NCBI GenBank assembly: GCA_964577535.1
Contig: CAZNZO010000005.1
Span: forward strand, 31,433-95,432
Length of the DNA: 64,000 bases
Direction: 5' to 3'
DNA from: an uncultured Oscillospiraceae bacterium
GTDB lineage: Bacteria > Bacillota > Clostridia > Christensenellales > CAG-314
This document shows positions 44,122-54,118 of this stretch, piece after piece. The notes beneath the pieces were generated by a model, which was not told where the DNA came from, searched no databases, and saw only the letters and a program-made list of their open reading frames with translations. Both the position numbers and the translations under genes were made by a program. Each line of letters starts with the position of its first letter. The stretch's first letter is position 1.

Positions 44122-45237
44122 ATGAGCGAAACAACAGCAACCGAAAACAAGCAGGCGTATCTTTCGCTAAGAAACGTAAACAAAATCTACCCCAACGGTT
44201 TTCACGCCGTGCACGATTTCAACCTTGATATCAACCAAGGGGAATTCGTTGTGTTCGTTGGCCCTTCCGGATGCGGAAAAAGCACAACGCTTCGCATGAT
44301 AGCTGGCCTAGAAAACATCAGCAAGGGCGATTTCTTTATCAACGGCGAACGTGCCAACGAAAAGAGCCCGCGCGAACGCCAAATTGCAATGGTGTTCCAA
44401 AGCTATGCGTTGTATCCGCACCTGACGGTATACGACAACATGGCTTTTGGCCTAACTTTGCAAGGCGTTGACGAAGACGTCATCGAAAAACGCGTGTACG
44501 CCACTGCGGAAATTTTGGGATTGACGGAATATTTGGATCGCAAACCGCGTGAACTTTCCGGCGGTCAACGTCAGCGTGTTGCCGTTGGCAGAGCCATCAT
44601 TCGCAAGGTGGGCGTGTTCCTTATGGACGAACCTCTTTCCAACTTGGATGCAAAACAACGTGTAACTATGCGTTCGGAAATAACGCAAATTCACCGTGAA
44701 ACCAAGGCTACAACAATCTACGTCACACACGACCAAACGGAAGCTATGACCATGGCCGACAAAATTGTTGTTATGCGCGATGGCGTTATTCAACAAGTGG
44801 GCTCGCCTTACGATTTGTATTTCCACCCCGTAAACACTTTCGTTGCCGGCTTCATTGGCGAACCTCCCATGAACCTGCTCAAGGGTGTTGTTAATGGCGG
44901 CGTTCTCACCTTGAACGATACGGAAGTTAGCCTAAACCTAAAAGGTGTGGTTAAAGATTCCGTTTTGAATGCTTGTGAAGGCAAAGACGTTGTGTTTGGT
45001 TTCCGTCCCGAATCCATTTCCCTCAGCGAAACAAAGGGTGTAAAAATCCCCTGCGACGTGGAACTTACGGAACTATTGGGGGATAACACAAACATCTATG
45101 CCAACATCGGCGACGTAAAGGCAATTTTGAAGGTTAACCCGCACGACACGCCGGAAGTTGATACTTCCATCGATTTTTGGGTATCTTCGGAATCCATTTA
45201 TTTGTTCGATGCCGAAACGGAAGAAGTTATTGCCTAG
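44122..45237 (+). CDS. MsmX/MalK-type sugar ABC transporter ATP-binding protein (copy 1, no adjacent permease)
   Basis: Walker A GPSGCGKST, signature LSGGQRQRV, Walker B FLMDEPLSNLD, and a C-terminal MalK-like regulatory domain. Confidence 0.9.
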   Translation: MSETTATENKQAYLSLRNVNKIYPNGFHAVHDFNLDINQGEFVVFVGPSGCGKSTTLRMIAGLENISKGDFFINGERANEKSPRERQIAMVFQSYALYPHLTVYDNMAFGLTLQGVDEDVIEKRVYATAEILGLTEYLDRKPRELSGGQRQRVAVGRAIIRKVGVFLMDEPLSNLDAKQRVTMRSEITQIHRETKATTIYVTHDQTEAMTMADKIVVMRDGVIQQVGSPYDLYFHPVNTFVAGFIGEPPMNLLKGVVNGGVLTLNDTEVSLNLKGVVKDSVLNACEGKDVVFGFRPESISLSETKGVKIPCDVELTELLGDNTNIYANIGDVKAILKVNPHDTPEVDTSIDFWVSSESIYLFDAETEEVIA

Positions 45238-45254
45238 AAAAAATTGAGATAGCA

Positions 45255-45285
45255 AAAATGGCAAACTTAACGTTGCCATTTTTGT
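45255..45285 (+). terminator. Rho-independent terminator
   Basis: aaaatggcaa-acttaacg-ttgccatttt followed by further T residues. Confidence 0.75.
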
Positions 45286-45333
45286 TTGTGAATAGTTGCC
45301 TTGCCAAAGTGCAGTGGCAACGTGGAGTGTTTT

Positions 45334-46767
45334 ATGAAAAGATTGAACAGAACTAATCTAAAAAGAGAGCTTCGCCCCGTGGGAATTATGCAATTCGGCG
45401 AAGGAAACTTTTTGCGCGCTTTCGTGGATTGGATAATCCAAAAAATGAACGACGCAGGCGTTACAGATAGCAACGTTGTGGTGGTGCAACCCATGCCCTT
45501 TGGCCGAGTTGCCGACCTTGCTGAACAAGACGGTTTGTATACCGTGTGTTTAGAAGGTGTCGACGGCGGCCAAAAAGTGCAATCGCACGAAGTGGTGGAC
45601 GTTATCAGCGAGTTTGTTAACCCCTACGAACAATACCAAAACTATTTGGCCTATGCGCACAGCGAACAACTTAAAGTTGTTGTATCCAACACCACCGAAG
45701 CAGGCATTGCCTTGGACGAAACGGACTTGGATTTTTCCCTTTGCCCCAAATCTTTCCCCGGCAAGTTGCTGGCGCTTTTGAAGGAACGCTACGACTTTTT
45801 TGGTGGCAATGGGCATGGTTTGGCAATTATCCCTTGCGAACTTATCGATCACAACGGCGACGAACTTAAGCGTGTGCTAAATCAACTTGCAACGCTAAAA
45901 GGCTTTGACGAAAAATTTATTGCTTGGCTCAACGAAGAAAACCATTTCACTTCCACTTTGGTGGATCGCATCGTTCCCGGCTACCCCAAGGATAGCGCAA
46001 CGGAAATTTGCCAAAGAATTGGATTTTTGGATACCAGCATTGTCAAGGGTGAAGTTTTCCACCTGTGGGTGCTAAAAAAGGAACCCTTTGTGATGAAAGC
46101 GTTCCCGGCAGATAAGGTTGATCTAAACGTTATCTATGCCGACGACATCGTGCCCTATAAGCAACGCAAAGTAAAAGTTTTGAACGGTTCTCACACTGCA
46201 ATGGTACCCGTTGCATATTTGTGCGGATTGAACACCGTTGGCGAAGCCATGGCCGACAAGGACGTTTGCGCTTTCGTTCACGGCTTGGCGGAAACGGAAG
46301 TTAAACCCACCATCGATTTGCCGCAAGAGGAAGTGCAAACGTTTATCAACGGCGTTTACGAACGTTTCCAAAACCCGTTTGTTAAGCACATGCTAATGTC
46401 CATTGCGCTAAATTCCACCACAAAATTTGTAACACGTTTGTTGCCCACCTATAACGACTACGTTGCAAAATTCCAAACGTCCCCCAAGCACGTTTTGTTT
46501 GCTTTGGCGGCGCTGGCAACCTTCTATCGCGGCAAGCGCGGCGAAGAAACAATTGCTCTGCAAGATTCCGCCGAAAACCTGCAATTTTGGGCAAACCTTT
46601 GGCAAAACCAAGATATTTGCGTTGTGGCACAAAAATTGCTTAGCGCAAAAGAAGTGTGGCAACAAGATCTTTGCACTGAACAAAACTTGCAACTTGTTGC
46701 AAAATATTTGGGCGATATTCAGTCGCTTGGCATGAGATCCGCTTTGCAAAAATTTCTTGGCGAATAA
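45334..46767 (+). CDS. uxaB: Tagaturonate reductase (altronate oxidoreductase)
   Basis: Start placed at ATG 45334. The mannitol-dehydrogenase-family N-terminus is IMQFGEGNFLRAFVDWIIQ. Adjacent to uxaA and uxaC. Confidence 0.87.
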   Translation: MKRLNRTNLKRELRPVGIMQFGEGNFLRAFVDWIIQKMNDAGVTDSNVVVVQPMPFGRVADLAEQDGLYTVCLEGVDGGQKVQSHEVVDVISEFVNPYEQYQNYLAYAHSEQLKVVVSNTTEAGIALDETDLDFSLCPKSFPGKLLALLKERYDFFGGNGHGLAIIPCELIDHNGDELKRVLNQLATLKGFDEKFIAWLNEENHFTSTLVDRIVPGYPKDSATEICQRIGFLDTSIVKGEVFHLWVLKKEPFVMKAFPADKVDLNVIYADDIVPYKQRKVKVLNGSHTAMVPVAYLCGLNTVGEAMADKDVCAFVHGLAETEVKPTIDLPQEEVQTFINGVYERFQNPFVKHMLMSIALNSTTKFVTRLLPTYNDYVAKFQTSPKHVLFALAALATFYRGKRGEETIALQDSAENLQFWANLWQNQDICVVAQKLLSAKEVWQQDLCTEQNLQLVAKYLGDIQSLGMRSALQKFLGE

Positions 46768-46798
46768 AGTTGCCAAAAACACAAATTTTCGGTGAAAA

Positions 46799-48271
46799 AT
46801 GAATACGTATATCAAAATTAACGACAAAGATAACGTCGCTGTTGCACTTTGCAACCTGCCCAAAGGCCAAATTGCCGAAGGAATAACGCTGGTAAGCAAC
46901 GTTCCCAAAGGCCACAAGTTTGCATTGAAAAACATTGTCAAAGGCCAAGACGTTATAAAATACGGCTCGCCCATAGGCGTTGCCACGCAAGATATTTTGG
47001 CCGGCGAACACGTGCACACTCATAACGTCGCCACCAAACTTGGCGAAGAACTTTCCTATTGCTACAATCCCGTTCCCGTGCAAAAAACCGTTGGCAAAAA
47101 ATTGCAAGTTTCCGTCTATCAACGTGCAAATGGCGAAGTGGGTATTCGCAACGAGTTGTGGGTTGTTCCCCTTGTTGGGTGCGTCAACGCCGTTGCACAA
47201 GCTATTGTGGATAGGTTCAAATCTCTTGCCGGAAACTTGCAAGTGGACGGTGTTTATGCTTTTTCGCATCCCTATGGCTGTTCGCAACTGGGCGAAGATC
47301 ACCTTCGCACTCGCACGCTGTTGCAACAAATAACAAAACATCCTAACTGTGGCGGCGTTTTGGTGCTTGGTTTGGGTTGCGAAAACAACAAAATGAGCGA
47401 TTTCGTTGCCACGTTGGGCAACTACGATCAGGATCGCGTGCGTTTTTTGGTGGCGCAAAACGTTTCGGACGAAGTAGCCGAAGGTGCCAAATTGCTAAAC
47501 GAATTGTATTGTGTGGCCAAAAACGATCGCCGTGTTCAAAAAGATATTTCCTGCTTGAAGGTGGGCCTTAAATGCGGTGGTTCGGACGGCCTTTCCGGCA
47601 TCACGGCCAATCCGCTTGTGGGTTTGTTTTCCGATAGGCTAACGGCCGTCGGCGGCGCAACCGTTCTCACGGAAGTTCCGGAAATGTTCGGTGCGGAGCA
47701 ATCGCTTATGGATCGTGCTTCCAGCCCCGAAGTTTTCCAAAAAATCGTCACCATGATCAACGATTTCAAACACTACTATGCCGCAAACGGACAACCATGC
47801 TACGAAAACCCATCCCCCGGCAACAAGGATGGCGGCATAACCACCTTGGAAGATAAGTCGCTTGGTTGCACACAAAAATCCGGCAGCGGTGTCGTTGTGG
47901 ACGTTGTTTCTTGCGGAGATTGTGTTGCGACAGGCGGTTTAAGTCTTACTAGCGGTCCGGGCAACGACATTGTTGCCGTCACCAACCTTGCTTGTTGCGG
48001 TTGCCACATGGTGCTGTTCACAACGGGAAGAGGCACGCCGCTGGGCGGCTTTGTGCCCACCGTCAAAATTGCCACCAATAGCGAACTTGCCGCGCACAAA
48101 CCTGCCTGGATCGATTACGACGCCGGACAAATTGTGGATGGCAAAAGTTTTGACCAAGCGGCGGACGAACTGGTTCAACTTGTTGCGGACGTTGCCAGCG
48201 GCAAACAAACTAAAAACGAAACAAACGGTTACAGACAAATTGCCCTTTTCAAAACGGGCGTTACGCTGTGA
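46799..48271 (+). CDS. uxaA: Altronate dehydratase
   Basis: 490 aa. SAF-domain N-terminus (IKINDKDNVAVAL...KGHKFALKNI) and the UxaA C-terminal region. Confidence 0.9.
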   Translation: MNTYIKINDKDNVAVALCNLPKGQIAEGITLVSNVPKGHKFALKNIVKGQDVIKYGSPIGVATQDILAGEHVHTHNVATKLGEELSYCYNPVPVQKTVGKKLQVSVYQRANGEVGIRNELWVVPLVGCVNAVAQAIVDRFKSLAGNLQVDGVYAFSHPYGCSQLGEDHLRTRTLLQQITKHPNCGGVLVLGLGCENNKMSDFVATLGNYDQDRVRFLVAQNVSDEVAEGAKLLNELYCVAKNDRRVQKDISCLKVGLKCGGSDGLSGITANPLVGLFSDRLTAVGGATVLTEVPEMFGAEQSLMDRASSPEVFQKIVTMINDFKHYYAANGQPCYENPSPGNKDGGITTLEDKSLGCTQKSGSGVVVDVVSCGDCVATGGLSLTSGPGNDIVAVTNLACCGCHMVLFTTGRGTPLGGFVPTVKIATNSELAAHKPAWIDYDAGQIVDGKSFDQAADELVQLVADVASGKQTKNETNGYRQIALFKTGVTL

Positions 48272-48296
48272 TGCGTGAAGTATAGGGAGAAAAATT

Positions 48297-49688
48297 ATGA
48301 AAGAATTTTTGGGAAAAGATTTTGTTTTGCGCACAGAAACGGCAAAAAAGCTATATCACGAATATGCTGAAAAAATGCCTATTTTCGATTTTCACTGCCA
48401 TTTGCCCGTGCAACAAATTTTCGAAGACAAAAAGTTTTCGTCCGTGACGGAAGTTTGGCTGGGCGGCGACCACTATAAGTGGAGATTGCTTCGCGAATTC
48501 GGCGTGGACGAAAGCTACGTCACCGGCAACAAATCCGATTGGGAAAAATTCCAAAAGTTTGCCGAAGTTTTGCCCTATGCCATTGGCAACCCCATCTACG
48601 TGTGGTCTCACCTGGAACTTAGCAGATTTTTCGGCATAGACGACGTGCTTTGCCCCGCAACGGCAAAAAGCATCTATGATAGAGCTAACGAAAAGTTGCA
48701 AACGCTAACGGCACGCAAACTTATCGAAGGTTCCAACGTCAAAAAGTTGTTCACAACAGACGACCCCATTGACGACTTGCATTACCACAAGGCTTTGAAG
48801 CAAAGCAATTTTGCAGTGGAAGTTTATCCTGCGTTCCGCCCCGATAAGGCCATCAACGTGGAACTTAACGGCTACCGCGAATACATCCAAAAACTGTCGG
48901 AAGTTTGCGGCTTCCAAATTGATGGCATTCAATCACTGTGCAAGGCGCTTTCTGCCAGAATAGACTATTTCGATTCCGTCGGATGCGTTTGCAGCGACCA
49001 CGCTTTGGACGTGGTTATGTATAAGGATGCCACTGCCGAACAAGTGGACGAAATTGTCAAAATTGCCCTTGCCGGCGGAAAACTCACCGAAGATCAAGTG
49101 CAAATGTATAAAGGTTTTGTGCTTGTGCATTTGGGCAAGGAATATGCTTCTCATGGTTGGGTGCAACAATATCACATTGGCGCACTGCGCAACAATTCTT
49201 CCAGATATATGCGCCTTTTGGGTGCCGATACCGGTTTTGATGCCATCGAAGACCAACCCTTTGCAAAAAAACTTGCCAGTTTGATGAACAAATTGGACGA
49301 AACGGATCAACTCCCCAAAACCATTTTGTATTGCCTCAACCCGCGCGATAACGAAGTGCTTGCAGCGCTTATAAATTGTTTCCAACAAAGCGGCATTTGC
49401 GGCAAAATTCAATTTGGTTCGGCTTGGTGGTTCAACGATCAAAAGGACGGCATGACTCGCCAAATAACGGCGCTTATGCAAGTTGGCTTGCTTTCCAAGT
49501 TTGTGGGCATGCTCACCGATAGCCGCAGTTTCCTTTCCTACACTCGCCACGAATATTTCCGTCGCATTTTGTGCGATTTGCTGGGCGAAGTTTTGGAAAA
49601 CGGCGAATATCCCTACGAAGTGGAATTTGTTGGCAAAATTGTGGAAGACGTTTGCTACAACAACGCCATTAACTATTTCAAAAAATAG
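48297..49688 (+). CDS. uxaC: Uronate (glucuronate/galacturonate) isomerase
   Basis: 463 aa. Motifs: MPIFDFHCHL, WLGGDHYKWRLLR, FGSAWWFNDQKDGM. Confidence 0.92.
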   Translation: MKEFLGKDFVLRTETAKKLYHEYAEKMPIFDFHCHLPVQQIFEDKKFSSVTEVWLGGDHYKWRLLREFGVDESYVTGNKSDWEKFQKFAEVLPYAIGNPIYVWSHLELSRFFGIDDVLCPATAKSIYDRANEKLQTLTARKLIEGSNVKKLFTTDDPIDDLHYHKALKQSNFAVEVYPAFRPDKAINVELNGYREYIQKLSEVCGFQIDGIQSLCKALSARIDYFDSVGCVCSDHALDVVMYKDATAEQVDEIVKIALAGGKLTEDQVQMYKGFVLVHLGKEYASHGWVQQYHIGALRNNSSRYMRLLGADTGFDAIEDQPFAKKLASLMNKLDETDQLPKTILYCLNPRDNEVLAALINCFQQSGICGKIQFGSAWWFNDQKDGMTRQITALMQVGLLSKFVGMLTDSRSFLSYTRHEYFRRILCDLLGEVLENGEYPYEVEFVGKIVEDVCYNNAINYFKK

Positions 49689-49718
49689 CATACGCTAATC
49701 AAAAAACCAAACAAAAAA

Positions 49719-49748
49719 GGAACGAACATGCAAAGTTCGTTCCTTTTT
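49719..49748. terminator. Bidirectional terminator between uxaC (+) and the pectinesterase gene (-)
   Basis: aaaaaa-ggaacgaac-atgcaaa-gttcgttcc-ttttt. Confidence 0.8.
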
Positions 49749-49938
49749 GCATTTCAAGTTTTGGGAAGTTTTTTCACGTTGAAAGCTGTTTTGCGCACAA
49801 CAAGCAGTGGCACTGTGCGTTTTAACTTTCCAAGCGTTTTGGTGTTGCAACCGTGTGTTCCACGCTGTGCGGCGTTTGTGTGCAAGTTGAATGGTTTGCC
49901 AACTAAGTGCGGCAAAGGTTGGTTGCACAAGTTTTGCA

Positions 49939-50853
49939 TCAGGTGCGGTTTTTCAAGTTGGCAAAGTGCTGCAACAAAAGTTCAGCCTGATTTTGTTCCA
50001 CCTGTTTGCTCCATGCAACACGCCCCTGCGGCTTGTTTGTTTCGGCAAAGCGCGCCGTTTTGTCGCGATTGGTGTCGTTCCACTTATCGAAGCCTTCCGT
50101 TTTGACGTGTGCGCCAAAGGTGCACCCCAAAAAAGTTGCTTTGCCATAATCACGCCACGGACGTGCCAAAAACACCTTTTGCGGCGGCATTGTTTGGTGG
50201 CAAACAAGTTGGCAGTTGTCAAAAACAAAGCCAACCGTTTGTTGCAATGCGTGCGCAGGTGCGGCAACAAATCCCGTTCGTCCGTCGTTTGCGGAAACAA
50301 TGGTGCAGTTTTCAAAAAGCGCATCGGCGCAACCAAAAATAAAATCCACCGTTCCTTCTATGGTGCAGTTGCTAAAAAGCTGTTTGCAATTGCCCTTTTT
50401 GCGCAACTTATCCTTCAAAAAACCGTCGTAGCGTTCAATAAGATCGTCGGGCAACGGGCCGCAAAAAACAGTGTCCTGTTCCGAAACAAAAGTGCAATTT
50501 TCCGCAACAAAATCCGTTCCGCAAACGGAAATTGCCACTTCTTGTCCTTTGTGCGGCGAATCGTGCGAATCGTTTTCGATGCGCAAATTTTTCAGCGTAA
50601 CGCCGTTTGCGCACACTGCCATGGTGTAGGTGCGAAAAGTGTTGTATTCCACGCCTTTTTCGTCAAGTTTTTTTGCGTAGTTGTCGTTTACCAAAACCGT
50701 CTTTTCGCCTGCGCCCACAAGCGTTATTCCGTCCACGTCAATTTCCAACTTTTGGCGAAAAACACCTTCGCTAAGATAAATCACGTCGCCGCAACTGCAT
50801 TGGTCTAGCAGTTGTTGCAAATTGGTTGTTGGGTTGGCTCGTAGTGTTGACAT
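49939..50853 (-). CDS. Pectinesterase (CE8), no signal peptide
   Basis: Start moved to ATG 50853 (RBS ggagaaaatg); the longer ORF-track version runs through the intergenic region. CE8 motifs: SEQDTVF, GTVDFIFG, LARPWR. Confidence 0.85.
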   Translation of the reverse strand: MSTLRANPTTNLQQLLDQCSCGDVIYLSEGVFRQKLEIDVDGITLVGAGEKTVLVNDNYAKKLDEKGVEYNTFRTYTMAVCANGVTLKNLRIENDSHDSPHKGQEVAISVCGTDFVAENCTFVSEQDTVFCGPLPDDLIERYDGFLKDKLRKKGNCKQLFSNCTIEGTVDFIFGCADALFENCTIVSANDGRTGFVAAPAHALQQTVGFVFDNCQLVCHQTMPPQKVFLARPWRDYGKATFLGCTFGAHVKTEGFDKWNDTNRDKTARFAETNKPQGRVAWSKQVEQNQAELLLQHFANLKNRT

Positions 50854-50865
50854 TTTCTCCTCTTT

Positions 50866-50882
50866 TTGTTGCCAGGCAACAA
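50866..50882. promoter_or_regulatory. Perfect 17-bp palindrome just upstream of the pectinesterase RBS (operator candidate)
   Basis: TTGTTGCC-A-GGCAACAA. Confidence 0.4.
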
Positions 50883-51291
50883 TGTGTTTTTTATTTGTGT
50901 ATTTTGTGCACGTCGGCAGTACTTTTGCTTTTGCTAACAAAGCAAATTTTGCAAGGAATTCTCCTTGTATTATATACTTTGCAAAACCAACTTTTTGCCT
51001 AGCGGCAAAAACTTTGCAAAGCTGTCGCTTTGTTGCAAAAACTGGCGTTTTTGCATTTTGCGTACGTAATACGGCGTCGTTTTTGCTCTTTGCAAGCAAA
51101 GCAAGAACTCCTTGTATTATACACCATTTTGGCGTTTGCGCAATGGGGTTTTGCGCTTTTGTTGCACAAAAAAACCACCTGCTGTGGGGCAGCGCGGCCA
51201 CTATTTTCAAAATATGGATAAAACGGACAAAAAAAGGTACGCAAAATGCAAATATTTGTCCATATTTGATATGGAAATTGTTTCCATAACA

Positions 51292-51320
51292 TTGTAAAAT
51301 TATCGTGTACAATGTATATA
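51292..51320 (+). promoter_or_regulatory. Candidate promoter of the 51417 membrane-protein gene
   Basis: TTGTAA (51292-51297), 17-nt spacer, TATATA (51315-51320). Confidence 0.45.
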
Positions 51321-51416
51321 ACTGTGCCCGTAGTATGCCTCGATGGGGCACACACCGAAAAATCAAGCAAAATTGCAATGGCATTTTCCGCTTGACGGAC
51401 GGCTGGAGGAAATGTT

Positions 51417-51995
51417 TTGCAAAGAAATCTCACCTACAATCAATATCGCATGGCGGATGTAACTTTGATGACGGTGGTGTGCTGTGTGTTCGAAGCGTTG
51501 GTCACACTGGCCGCCGTCAAATGGTTTCCCGAACAGCCTTACTCCGTCAGTTTGGTATATGCGTTTATAGCGCTGGTATCCATGCGTTGGGGCGGTTATT
51601 CGGCAATAACTGCAACGCTGGGCGGCTTGGCTCACTGCATTGCTGCCGGCGATAGCACCAAAGGTTTCGTTGTGATATTGGTTGGCAATCTTTGTTGCCT
51701 GCTTGTGCTAATTTTGCACAAAGCCATTGGCAAACAAAAAATTCGCAACAGCATTTTCCTCACGATAGTCTACGTGGCTCTCATCTTTTTGTTTGTTTCG
51801 GCCGGCAGGTTTGCAATGCAACTGTGCTTTGCCGTTCAACCGCTAGATGCGTTGCGCGCAGTGCTCTACGACGTGCTCTCGCTAGTGTTTTCGTTGGTTA
51901 TCATTCTTATTTGCCGCAAGCAAAACGGAATGTTCGAAGACCAAAAAACCTACCTGTTGCGCGTAGAAGAGGAACGCAAAAAACAGCGCAGTTAG
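51417..51995 (+). CDS. Small polytopic membrane protein (ECF S-component-like / unknown)
   Basis: TTG start 6 nt after ggagga. 192 aa with about 5 TM helices and a charged C-terminal tail. Confidence 0.5.
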   Translation: MQRNLTYNQYRMADVTLMTVVCCVFEALVTLAAVKWFPEQPYSVSLVYAFIALVSMRWGGYSAITATLGGLAHCIAAGDSTKGFVVILVGNLCCLLVLILHKAIGKQKIRNSIFLTIVYVALIFLFVSAGRFAMQLCFAVQPLDALRAVLYDVLSLVFSLVIILICRKQNGMFEDQKTYLLRVEEERKKQRS

Positions 51996-52060
51996 TTTCA
52001 TTCATAAAATAATTGCCGCTTGTTGCGGCAAAAACACAGAAAAATGCTTCGGAGGATCAA

Positions 52061-53119
52061 ATGGAAGCAATAAAAACAGATGAATATATCGTATACGACG
52101 AAGAAACCGGTTCGTATTCGATGGATTCGGAACAAGTCGTCCGTGACGACGTAGAAAAGCATCACTGGCTAAACGTGGTGCGTGCCATTGCAAAGGATTG
52201 GCGTTTGTATTTGATGCTTGTCCCCATGATTTTCGTTTTCGTATGTTGGCGCTATTTGCCCATGTACGAATTGTTGGGCAGCTTCAAACTTACAAAAGTC
52301 GGCGTCGACGTTGCAGACCAAATGTTCGTGGGATTTTCCAGCTTCAAAGATTTGATGTTTTCCGGCGATTCCACTTCAATGGATTTCTGGCGCGCATTCC
52401 GCAACACCTTTTTGCTTAGCTTCTACGGTTTGTGTTTCGGTTTCCCCATGCCCATAATTTTGGCATTGTTCTTTAACGAAATCAAATCTAACATTGCTCG
52501 CTCGGCATTCCAAGTGATGACCTATTTGCCCAAGTTTATGTCAACCGTCGTTATGACGACGCTGGTAACGTTGCTTTTGAAACAAGAAAACATTGTTTCC
52601 GGCATGGGCATTATCTCTCGTTTCTTGTATTCGGTGGGGCTTGTTTCGGAAGAAACGGCCAAGGCAGGTTTGCTAAATCAACCGTCGTTGTTCCGTGCAA
52701 TCTATCAAATTTCCGGCATTTGGGAAGGCGCCGGCTACGACAGTATCGTATACTTCGCGGCGGTAATTGCCATTTCACCCACAAGCTACGAAGCGGCGCA
52801 AATAGACGGTGCCGGCAAAATGGCGCAAATGCGCTACGTGGTGTTGCCAAGCATTTTGTCCACAGTGGTTATCATGCTTATCAACCGCATCGGCTCGTTG
52901 CTTAGCGTAGGATACGAAAAAGTTTTGTTGCTATACAACACAAACACGTGGGTTACTGCCGACGTTGTTTCCACCTTTGCATACCGCATGGGTATGGAAG
53001 GTTCCAGTTTGCAAGGCTTGGCCTCTGCCGCAGAAATGATAAACAACCTTATCGGCATGGTGCTGGTAATAGGTGCCAACACTATTGCGCGCAAAGCAAG
53101 CGACGTTTCGCTTTATTAG
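52061..53119 (+). CDS. CUT1-family sugar ABC permease (LplB-like)
   Basis: Start placed at ATG 52061 after ggagga. EAA-loop motif is YEAAQIDGAGKMAQMRYVVLPSI. Six TM segments. Confidence 0.85.
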   Translation: MEAIKTDEYIVYDEETGSYSMDSEQVVRDDVEKHHWLNVVRAIAKDWRLYLMLVPMIFVFVCWRYLPMYELLGSFKLTKVGVDVADQMFVGFSSFKDLMFSGDSTSMDFWRAFRNTFLLSFYGLCFGFPMPIILALFFNEIKSNIARSAFQVMTYLPKFMSTVVMTTLVTLLLKQENIVSGMGIISRFLYSVGLVSEETAKAGLLNQPSLFRAIYQISGIWEGAGYDSIVYFAAVIAISPTSYEAAQIDGAGKMAQMRYVVLPSILSTVVIMLINRIGSLLSVGYEKVLLLYNTNTWVTADVVSTFAYRMGMEGSSLQGLASAAEMINNLIGMVLVIGANTIARKASDVSLY

Positions 53120-53149
53120 CGGCAACCAATCACCTAGGTAGGTTAAGCG

Positions 53150-54049
53150 ATGAAAAGAAAAATAGAAATATCCGAATTAATTTTTAAAATACTTTCCTAT
53201 TTGTTTTTGGGAATTTTCTCGTTGTGCTGCTTGTATCCGTTTGTGTATGCAATTTCCGCATCCATTTCCGGCTCCGAAGCAGTGGAAAGCAACCAAGTTA
53301 TTTTGCTTCCCAAAGACATTCAGTTTGACGCATTCAGGGAAATGTTTGGTAGCAACGCATTTTGGAACTCCTATTCCAACACGTTGTTCCTAACCATCTA
53401 CGGAACAATCTGGGCATTGGGCGTTGCCGTTTTGGGCGGCTATGCACTTTCCAAAAAAAGATTGTTGTTCCGCAAAGGTTTCAACTTCTTCCTTGTGTTC
53501 ACAATGTGGTTCAGTGCAGGTCTTGTTCCGCAATACCTAAACTACCTCAACACGCGTGACGTATTCAACAGCATTGGCATCACCGACGACAAATGGTTGG
53601 TAGTAATTGCCATGGGTATGGCGGCAATGAATATCATTTTGTTGCGCAACGCATTCGAAGGCGTTCCTTCCGAAATCGAAGAAGCAGCAATAGTGGACGG
53701 AGCAACGGAATTGCAAGTTTTGGGCAAAGTTTATTTGCCAATGTGCAAATCCACCGTGGCAACGGTAACCTTGTTCTTTGCAATTTCCCGTTGGAACGGC
53801 TACTTCTGGGCAAGACAAATGATCCAAAACCAAAACGAATGGCCCTTGCAAGTGTATATTCGTGACACTTTGGAACGCTACACCGATTTGGACTTCTTGG
53901 CCGGTTGGGAACAGTTGCACCCCACCTACTCGGCAAACTCGGCAATCTATGCACTTATTGTGTGCGCCGTTATCCCCATTCTAATCATTTACCCGTTCAT
54001 CCAAAAATATTTCGCCAAGGGCGTTAACGTTGGCGGCGTAAAAGAATAG
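53150..54049 (+). CDS. CUT1-family sugar ABC permease (LplC-like)
   Basis: 299 aa. EAA-loop motif is EIEEAAIVDGATELQVLGKVYLPMC. Confidence 0.87.
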   Translation: MKRKIEISELIFKILSYLFLGIFSLCCLYPFVYAISASISGSEAVESNQVILLPKDIQFDAFREMFGSNAFWNSYSNTLFLTIYGTIWALGVAVLGGYALSKKRLLFRKGFNFFLVFTMWFSAGLVPQYLNYLNTRDVFNSIGITDDKWLVVIAMGMAAMNIILLRNAFEGVPSEIEEAAIVDGATELQVLGKVYLPMCKSTVATVTLFFAISRWNGYFWARQMIQNQNEWPLQVYIRDTLERYTDLDFLAGWEQLHPTYSANSAIYALIVCAVIPILIIYPFIQKYFAKGVNVGGVKE

Positions 54050-54118
54050 CAAACAAATTTAATTGGTCTTTACAGTCCGCAAACGGACTGGCAAATAAAG
54101 AAAAAACAGGAGGAAATT

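Noticed and set aside
49891-50808. 305-aa + strand ORF, and the 481-aa extended version of the - strand ORF at 49939-51384
   Set aside because: The + ORF mirrors the CE8 pectinesterase gene. The 481-aa version adds 177 N-terminal codons of intergenic read-through with no homology-like features. ATG 50853 with RBS ggagaaaatg gives a normal-length CE8 enzyme.
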